Made by a program: the position numbers and the translations under genes. A stretch of 64,000 bases of DNA from an uncultured virus (IMG/VR IMGVR_UViG_3300035183_001031) (lineage: Duplodnaviria; Heunggongvirae; Uroviricota; Caudoviricetes), in IMG/VR virus record IMGVR_UViG_3300035183_001031. One strand, given 5' to 3'. Below are positions 8,599-14,281 of this stretch, piece after piece. The notes below the pieces were generated by a model. That model was not told the origin of the DNA. It made no database searches and saw only the letters and a program-made list of their open reading frames with translations. Positions within the stretch are counted from its first letter, which is position 1, and each line of letters begins with the position of its first letter.

Positions 8599-9016
8599 TC
8601 CCATAGTTTCGACCCATCTTGAAGTGATGGGTGTAGTGCCTCACCGCGATTCCCTTAAAGATCCTCCAACGCCATACGAATGACTCTGAGATGTGGGTCA
8701 CATCGTGGAGATATGAGCTGAGGAAAATCGTCGTTGCGGCTCCTGAGATGATCGCCATGGGATGCGGCAGGTCTAAAAGGATGACCAAGGCGCCATATGT
8801 CATGGCGAACGGCGCGAAGTACCAGGCCAAGCTGTCGTGTCGGGACGACCGATACCTCTTTGAGAAGAAAGACTTTGGTGGATAGTTGACCACGTGGTGG
8901 GTCATGTGGGCGCGATAGCCCCAGCTGTCCGGGATATGGATCCACCGGTGGAGCCAATATCCAAGGAAGTCAACGACAGTCGCAGACAAAAAGAACAGCA
9001 TGACTGCCGCGATCAT
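8483..9016 (-). CDS. fatty acid hydroxylase / sterol desaturase family protein
   Basis: His boxes HRWIH, HMTHH, HDVTH, HYTHH and NYG...WWDDIFGT; TM segments. Confidence 0.88.
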   Translation of the reverse strand: MIAAVMLFFLSATVVDFLGYWLHRWIHIPDSWGYRAHMTHHVVNYPPKSFFSKRYRSSRHDSLAWYFAPFAMTYGALVILLDLPHPMAIISGAATTIFLSSYLHDVTHISESFVWRWRIFKGIAVRHYTHHFKMGRNYGIIVSWWDDIFGTRRPPWRPGSGSTSRRRSRKRGPTPKL

Positions 9017-9089
9017 CTTCCCTCCCCCTTCCGATCATTTACTGTGTCAGATCGGCGCTTGTACTATAATTAACGAGGTATTAGAGTAG

Positions 9090-9221
9090 CTCCCATGCTG
9101 AACTCAGGCGACAAAGCATTTTTGGATACCACAGGCTGGTTTCCCATTGGAACCACCGGGCGCGGTGGCCAGTACCCTGTCGCTGATAAGCCGCGCTTGG
9201 CTTGAACTGAGTCCCCGGGAG
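9090..9221 (+). ncRNA. candidate structured RNA, possibly 6S-like
   Basis: Nested pairings CTCCC/GGGAG, ACTCAG/CTGAGT, GCGACA/TGTCGC; TATAAT at 9065-9070 upstream. Confidence 0.35.
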
Positions 9222-9241
9222 GAATGTCGTATTATGGCCGC

Positions 9242-9275
9242 CCGGGGGTAACCCGGAGTGGATATTTTATTTTCT
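9242..9275 (+). terminator. possible intrinsic terminator
   Basis: CCGGG-GGTAA-CCCGG hairpin followed by a T-rich tract. Confidence 0.4.
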
Positions 9276-9291
9276 ACAGTAAAAGGGCACG

Positions 9292-9825
9292 GTGATCGAG
9301 AAGAAGTGGAAGACGCTTGCTGGCGAAGAGGTCGACCTACGGTCGTCCATCGAAGCAGTGCTTCGTGAATTTCCAGATGCAGAACTAACGATCGCCTCCG
9401 ACTCGCAACAGAGAGGTCAACACACCGAATATGTTACTGTCGTGACGTTGATTCGCCCAGGTAAGGGTGGTCGGGTCATCTTCAACCGCGAACTTATCCC
9501 GAGGGTCAGAGAACTGAGAGAGAGGCTTTGGAAGGAGACGTGGCGCTCTACCGAGCTAGCCGCGGAGCTGACCGAGACTCCAGACATCGGAGATAGGATG
9601 AAGATCAACGTCGACGCGATCCACATCGACGTAAACGTCGATCCGAAACATCGGTCATCGAGATATGTGGAAGAGCTGGTCGGCCTTGTGATCGGACAGG
9701 GCTTCAATGCAGTTGTGAAGCCAAAGGCATGGGCGGCGTCACACGCGGCCGACCACGCGGTGAAGCACAAAGAGGAAAGGAAGAAACCGCATGCGGAGAA
9801 CAACGGTCGACGTCTAGTAAGCTGA
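9292..9825 (+). CDS. RNase H-like YkuK (DUF458) family protein
   Basis: IASDSQ, PGKGG, RERLWKE...S, IHIDVN, KPKAWAASHAADH. Confidence 0.85.
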   Translation: MIEKKWKTLAGEEVDLRSSIEAVLREFPDAELTIASDSQQRGQHTEYVTVVTLIRPGKGGRVIFNRELIPRVRELRERLWKETWRSTELAAELTETPDIGDRMKINVDAIHIDVNVDPKHRSSRYVEELVGLVIGQGFNAVVKPKAWAASHAADHAVKHKEERKKPHAENNGRRLVS

Positions 9826-9869
9826 CCACCGTTAAAAAGACAAAGAAGTATTCTTCTTGCTATCAATTT

Positions 9870-9953
9870 GGGTCGTTAAGCTGGACGGGTTCCAGCGCCG
9901 GTCTTGAAAATCGGTTAGGACGAAAGTCAGAGGTTCGAATCCTCAACGACCCG
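9870..9953 (+). tRNA. tRNA-Ser(UGA) with 8/4 fold
   Basis: 8-bp acceptor GGGTCGTT/AACGACCC, CCGGT-CTTGAAA-ATCGG anticodon arm, V-arm GAC-GAAA-GTC, 4-bp T stem GAGG/CCTC, G discriminator. Confidence 0.88.
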
Positions 9954-10016
9954 CAGAACTTTGAAAATAGAATAGACCGTGCATCTCTTTTATAGAGGGT
10001 GATCTCTATCCTCTTC

Positions 10017-10098
10017 GCGTGGATGACGGAACGGTAGACGTGGGGAGCTTAAACCTCCCCGATTGATCATCGTGTGGGTTCGACTCCCACTCCACGTA
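10017..10098 (+). tRNA. tRNA-Leu(UAA)
   Basis: GCGTGGA/TCCACGT, GGGAG-CTTAAAC-CTCCC, long V-arm, GTGGG-TTCGACT-CCCAC. Confidence 0.9.
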
Positions 10099-10116
10099 CA
10101 GATGTCAATATCCCAG

Positions 10117-10201
10117 GGGTCTGTGGTGTCAAAGGCTGACCACCCGACTTTTAATCGGGGGACATTGCGTCCATATGCAGGTTCGAGTCCTGCCAGACCC
10201 A
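10117..10201 (+). tRNA. tRNA-Lys(UUU) with long variable arm
   Basis: GGGTCTG/CAGACCC, CCCGA-CTTTTAA-TCGGG, V stem GGAC/GTCC, GCAGG-TTCGAGT-CCTGC. Confidence 0.85.
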
Positions 10202-10207
10202 CTTAAC

Positions 10208-10277
10208 GCCCGTATAGCTCAAAAGTAGAGCCCTGGCTTGTACCCAGGAGGTTGTGGATTCGTACCCACTACGGGCT
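10208..10277 (+). tRNA. tRNA-Thr(UGU), atypical or degenerate
   Basis: GCCCGTA/TACGGGC, GCTC/GAGC D stem lacking the D-loop GG, CCTGG-CTTGTAC-CCAGG, irregular T arm. Confidence 0.7.
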
Positions 10278-10404
10278 CTAACTCTTAATAATGTGTACCA
10301 AACAGTTGACAGATCATAATCCGCTACCACTCATATTTCCCATCTGCTGATGATGATGATGTTTTCAAGGCGGAGACTTCAGAGAAAGATTTCCAAACCC
10401 TCAA

Positions 10405-10480
10405 CGAGATGAGGCCGACATGGTGAGGCGCACGCTTTGGGAGCGTGAGGCAGCAGGTTCGATTCCTGCCATCTCGACCA
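10405..10480 (+). tRNA. tRNA-Pro(UGG)
   Basis: CGAGATG/CATCTCG, CACGC-TTTGGGA-GCGTG, canonical T arm, encoded CCA. Confidence 0.92.
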
Positions 10481-10483
10481 TAT

Positions 10484-10551
10484 ACACCGGGGGCTGGGCC
10501 CTGGGAGGACTCCAAATCCTCCCTTCCTGAGTTCGATTCTCAGACAGTGTG
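10484..10551 (+). tRNA. tRNA-Trp(CCA), atypical (minimal D arm, mismatched acceptor)
   Basis: GAGGA-CTCCAAA-TCCTC, CTGAG-TTCGATT-CTCAG, D hairpin GGGC-TGG-GCCC. Confidence 0.65.
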
Positions 10552-10576
10552 CTAACGAACGCACAATACAGTTTAC

Positions 10577-10650
10577 CGGTGTTCCCAGCGGGGAGGTAGC
10601 ATGATACTCGAGACCGCCAGGCGGTTCGAACTCCGAGCGCACACCGACCA
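10577..10650 (+). ncRNA. tRNA-like element with encoded ACCA, anticodon not assignable
   Basis: CGGTGT/ACACCG acceptor, GGTTCGAA T-loop-like motif, ends in ACCA. Confidence 0.5.
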
Positions 10651-10777
10651 CTTCTGAGCAAACCGAAAGAACGCGATGATCTTGGTTGAGGCAGCAGATG
10701 GTATGATACGGAATGTTGCTTAAGATATACGATTTGTATCAAATCATACGGAATAATCGCTTAAGGACAAATCTAAA

Positions 10778-10863
10778 GCTTCCGTAGCTCTCGGTAGAGC
10801 AGGCGGGTTTATACCCCGTGGCCAGATGGGCGCCCGGTCAGAGTTCGACTCTCTGCGGAAGCA
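10778..10863 (+). tRNA. tRNA-Ile(UAU) with long variable region
   Basis: GCTTCCG/CGGAAGC, GCTC/GAGC, GCGGG-TTTATAC-CCCGT, CAGAG-TTCGACT-CTCTG. Confidence 0.82.
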
Positions 10864-10933
10864 CGATTAGGCCACTTCAGCGGCAAATGCTCATTTTGCT
10901 GCGTTATTATTGTGCTCAACCTCGACACGACTT

Positions 10934-11010
10934 GCCACTGTATCCCCTCAGTTTCCTAAGCTGTAGAAAGGGTAGTCGGATTCACGCAGGTTCGAGTCCT
11001 GCCAGTGGCG
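10934..11010 (+). tRNA. non-canonical D-arm-less tRNA-Arg(CCU)-like RNA
   Basis: Perfect acceptor GCCACTG/CAGTGGC and T arm GCAGG-TTCGAGT-CCTGC; CAGT-TTCCTAA-GCTG hairpin nested in CCCT/AGGG. Confidence 0.65.
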
Positions 11011-11045
11011 CTTTCTAACACGGAATATCTTCGGATAATCCGTCA

Positions 11046-11120
11046 TGCGGTGAGGATGTTAGCATTTCCAATCCGGGCTCATAACCCGCGACTACGTCGG
11101 TGCAATTCCGACCACCGCGA
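11046..11120 (+). tRNA. tRNA-Met(CAU), initiator-like, atypical D arm
   Basis: GCGGTG/CACCGC with weak 1:72 pair, CGGG-CTCATAA-CCCG (three G-C pairs), GTCGG-TGCAATT-CCGAC. Confidence 0.75.
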
Positions 11121-11163
11121 CAAATGAACACACCCAGCGATCCGTTCTCGTGTTTTCAAACGA

Positions 11164-11379
11164 TCAATTACCGACGTCAGAGGACCACTTCTTGATCTCG
11201 GTCTTAAGGTCATGGGTCATCTCCCGAAGATCGGCCCACTGTCGATCGCCTTCAACTTCTCGAACTGTCCCGTCGGATAACTCCCTTACGGAGATTGGAA
11301 TGGATACGATCGGATCGTGTTCAACTTGTAGCTCGTACTCGTTACCGTTACAGGCAGTAAAGAAGATGATGGATTGCAT
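11164..11379 (-). CDS. hypothetical protein
   Basis: 71 aa; AGGA RBS-like sequence upstream. Confidence 0.5.
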   Translation of the reverse strand: MQSIIFFTACNGNEYELQVEHDPIVSIPISVRELSDGTVREVEGDRQWADLREMTHDLKTEIKKWSSDVGN

Positions 11380-11450
11380 ATCATCCTATCCTATCACGAT
11401 CATGTGGTATGACGACGAGTGCACCCGAAAGAGCTACCATACGTACCATA

Positions 11451-11924
11451 ATGCCGAAGAAGAGCAACTTCGAGGGTGAGGGCAATCCATCTGAGCCCCA
11501 GCCACAACGCAAGACCATCGAGGCCTACCTGGTCCCGGTAGAAATCGACGATGACTCCGTGTGCCTTGAGGTGACCCCCGTAGAACGGGACGTCCTCAGG
11601 AAGCTACTCGGTTGGGACAGTACCTCAGGAAAAGTCAACGGCGGTTTGAAGTCGTTACTGTCATTCTCGGATGCCGAAGCAGCCGTCCTCCTCGGATTCC
11701 TCAAGAGGATCCCGCGACGTAAGACCGTCGAGGGCTATCTATTCCCAGTAGAAATCGACGATGAATCCGTACACCTTGAGGTAACCTCCGCAGAACGTGA
11801 CGTCCTCAGGAAGCTACTCGATCGGGACCGTACCTCAAGAGAGGTCCACGGTGGTCTGAAGTCGTTACTATCGTTCTCGGATGTTGAGGCAGCCGCCCTC
11901 CTCGGATTCCTCAAGAGAATCTAA
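11451..11924 (+). CDS. hypothetical protein made of two tandem 70-aa repeats
   Basis: RKTIEAYLVPVEIDD...LLGFLKRI duplicated with a 210-bp period. Confidence 0.65.
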   Translation: MPKKSNFEGEGNPSEPQPQRKTIEAYLVPVEIDDDSVCLEVTPVERDVLRKLLGWDSTSGKVNGGLKSLLSFSDAEAAVLLGFLKRIPRRKTVEGYLFPVEIDDESVHLEVTSAERDVLRKLLDRDRTSREVHGGLKSLLSFSDVEAAALLGFLKRI

Positions 11925-11933
11925 GACCTTCTC

Positions 11934-12014
11934 ACCTCAACGCCCGTCTGACATTCTAAGTCATTGAAACGGTGATTAGATAACACGCAGGTTCGACTCC
12001 TGTCAGAGGTGCCA
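11934..12014 (+). tRNA. non-canonical D-arm-less tRNA-Arg(UCU)-like RNA, 5' end degenerate
   Basis: TGAC-ATTCTAA-GTCA nested in CCGT/ACGG; GCAGG-TTCGACT-CCTGT; ends GAGGT-GCCA. Confidence 0.55.
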
Positions 12015-12022
12015 CTTATCCC

Positions 12023-12472
12023 GTGCGGTACCAGGAGAGACCATGGTCGTGCGGTCCCGCGGCGCTGAGGTCGGCGGGGTTGGTCCTTGGACAAAAGGTC
12101 TCTGAGCGGACCATCCGTGCCAAGGCAGGGACCACTGAAGACGGGACGGACGAGGAGGAGCTCATCCAGGCCGCACGGCAGCTCGGTTGGACCGCCACAC
12201 CGCACCATTCCGCAGACACAGCGGCAGCGTGGGCCTTCGTCCGGGCCAACGTCCTAGACGGAAGGCCGGTCGTGCTCTGTCTCGACCAGTGGACCCACTG
12301 GGTCACTGTCATCGGAATCGTAGGAGACAAGGTCATCTACTTCGACCCTGCGCGGACCAAGAAGAACATGGACGAGAACGGTCTCACCGTGGCATCCCGG
12401 ACGAACCTCTCCAAGCGCTGGAGGTGCCCGAGTGAATCGAAGCCCTTCTACGCCATCGCAATTGGGAAGTAA
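12023..12472 (+). CDS. C39-like cysteine peptidase
   Basis: YQERPWSCGPAAL, GT..EEL, HWVTVIG, YFDP (Q-C-H-D residues). Confidence 0.85.
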   Translation: MRYQERPWSCGPAALRSAGLVLGQKVSERTIRAKAGTTEDGTDEEELIQAARQLGWTATPHHSADTAAAWAFVRANVLDGRPVVLCLDQWTHWVTVIGIVGDKVIYFDPARTKKNMDENGLTVASRTNLSKRWRCPSESKPFYAIAIGK

Positions 12473-12742
12473 GGTTTCCCGCCAAGTCGACCTGATAGAC
12501 ACATCTCAGACTAATCTGGCCACCCCAGAACGTACGCTGTCCGGATCCTGGGATCACCTCCTGAAAGGAGTAGGTGTTCATCCCAAAAACTGGGATGATG
12601 GCCCGAGGTCATCTGAGGCAGGGTAACAGACCGCCCTCCTGAAGGAGGGGCATTAGATCACAAGCAGACCACAGAAAATTGGTCACACCGCATATCCTCT
12701 GTTACTAACTAATAGTCTATATATTTAATATATATATTATAA

Positions 12743-12909
12743 TTAATTTAATTATTTAAGTTAATTTAATTATTTAAGTTAATTTAATTATTTAAGTTAA
12801 TTTAATTATTTAAGTTAATTTAATTATTTAAGTTAATTTAATTATTTAAATTAATTCAATTATTTAAGTTAATTTAATTATTTAAGTTAATTCAATTATT
12901 TAAGTTAAT
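12743..12909. repeat. AT-rich 18-bp tandem array, 9 copies of TTAATTTAATTATTTAAG
   Basis: Units start at 12743 and every 18 bp to 12904; three single-base variants. Confidence 0.95.
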
Positions 12910-12951
12910 CCTTTCAGTCTTCTATAAGAGCGCGTGTGGTATCTAACCGAC

Positions 12952-13263
12952 ATGCCGACTGAGAATGACAAGACAAAAGCGTCAGCCGATGTCAAGGTTT
13001 CTGAAACGAGGACCCGAGACGAGGCAAAGGAGTTAAAGATCGAGAATGCCAAGCTCAGGAGTGATCTTGAGATGGCCAATGAGCGGATCGTCGCCCTCGA
13101 ACAGAAGCTCAAGGAGATTCCTTCAGGAATGGACTATGCCTTCCTAAACGGAAGGATCTATCAGATCGCTGGTGTCGTGGAGGCGAGATTCGCCACCGAT
13201 GAAGCCCGTAAGGGACACCTTCCGAACGGTCTTGAGACAGAGCTGATTATTCTGAAGCCATAG
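12952..13263 (+). CDS. hypothetical coiled-coil protein
   Basis: ELKIENAKLRSDLEMANERIVALEQKL heptads. Confidence 0.65.
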   Translation: MPTENDKTKASADVKVSETRTRDEAKELKIENAKLRSDLEMANERIVALEQKLKEIPSGMDYAFLNGRIYQIAGVVEARFATDEARKGHLPNGLETELIILKP

Positions 13264-14156
13264 TGTCCAAGCGGATACATCTTCCGCTCTACGGGCAGCT
13301 AAGGGATAGGGTCTCATTCTCTGAGCTAAGGCTCTTCCATGAATGCTCGTGGAGGTGGTTCATCCAGAACGTCCAGGGACACAAGGTAGAAGAACGGTCG
13401 TTCCAGATGGACTTCGGAAGGGCAGTTCACTCTGGGATGGAGGTCCTTTACGGACCTGAGGGGACCGTCGAGAAGGCATCGAAACATGCCCTCGAGATGT
13501 ACGATGAGGCATTGAAGACACTAGACCTCACCCATCCCTCAGATAGAGCCGAGGCTCATCGGATCAGGGACTGCATCCCGAAGTTCTATGCAGACTGCAT
13601 GGAGTGTGAGGAGCTGAAGGGGATCACGACCCTCAAGTCCGAACTGATGCTCCTTGAACCGATCCTCAGGACCGACGGTCTTCAGATCAACTTTAAGGGA
13701 TTCATCGACATCGTCTTCGTCAAGAAGCTCAAGCGGAAGACCGTGATCTATATCGCGGATTTCAAGACCTGTCAGTGGGGATGGCCTGCGAAGAAGTTTC
13801 AGGACATCGAGGTAATCTCCCAGCTTCTCCTGTACAAGCACTTCTTCTGCAAGATGACCGGAGCGGATCCGAAGAACGTCAGCCTCGCGTTCATTCTCCT
13901 CAAGAAGAAGCCGAGGGAAGGAGATCTTTCTGTTGAAGTGGTCAAGGTCAGTGCAGGACCGAAGGCCATCGAGAGGGCCCTAGATTATCTGCAGAAAACG
14001 ATTACGGCGATGCACTCGTATTCATACGAGCAGAACTTTGCAGCCTGCGTTCGCTCATGGATCGATAAGGACACAAAGGAGAAAAGATCTACAAAGTGTC
14101 CTTGGATGGGCACCGAACTCTGTCCAGGGTCTGCGGAAGTCACCGCAGGTAGTTAG
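13263..14156 (+). CDS. PD-(D/E)xK nuclease (RecB/Cas4-like)
   Basis: SFS..C, GRAVH, KGFIDIV...IADFKT, QLLLY, C-terminal C...CPW...C. Confidence 0.85.
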   Translation: MSKRIHLPLYGQLRDRVSFSELRLFHECSWRWFIQNVQGHKVEERSFQMDFGRAVHSGMEVLYGPEGTVEKASKHALEMYDEALKTLDLTHPSDRAEAHRIRDCIPKFYADCMECEELKGITTLKSELMLLEPILRTDGLQINFKGFIDIVFVKKLKRKTVIYIADFKTCQWGWPAKKFQDIEVISQLLLYKHFFCKMTGADPKNVSLAFILLKKKPREGDLSVEVVKVSAGPKAIERALDYLQKTITAMHSYSYEQNFAACVRSWIDKDTKEKRSTKCPWMGTELCPGSAEVTAGS

Positions 14157-14281
14157 ACCTGTAGAACGAGCTCCCCTGGGTCAGATGCCCGTTTATTTTC
14201 CTCCCTGAGAGATCAGACCTCAGGTGGATCGGGAGACTCTTCTTATCCATCGAAGGTTTATCTCGAAAAAGGTTCGGAGGA

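Noticed and set aside
9870..9953. tRNA-Sec or UGA suppressor tRNA
   Set aside because: The anticodon is TGA (reads UCA, Ser), not TCA; no selA/selB/selD in the window.
10306..10335. sigma70 promoter from TTGACA at 10306
   Set aside because: No acceptable -10 hexamer at 16-18 bp spacing.
11921..12030. Integration att site or circularly permuted tRNA (TTATCCCGT follows the CCA)
   Set aside because: No integrase and no duplicated tRNA end in the window; the 9-nt match is too short to support it.
12743..14156. CRISPR array plus Cas4
   Set aside because: The 18-bp units are directly adjacent with no spacers; the nuclease is a stand-alone PD-(D/E)xK protein with no other cas genes.
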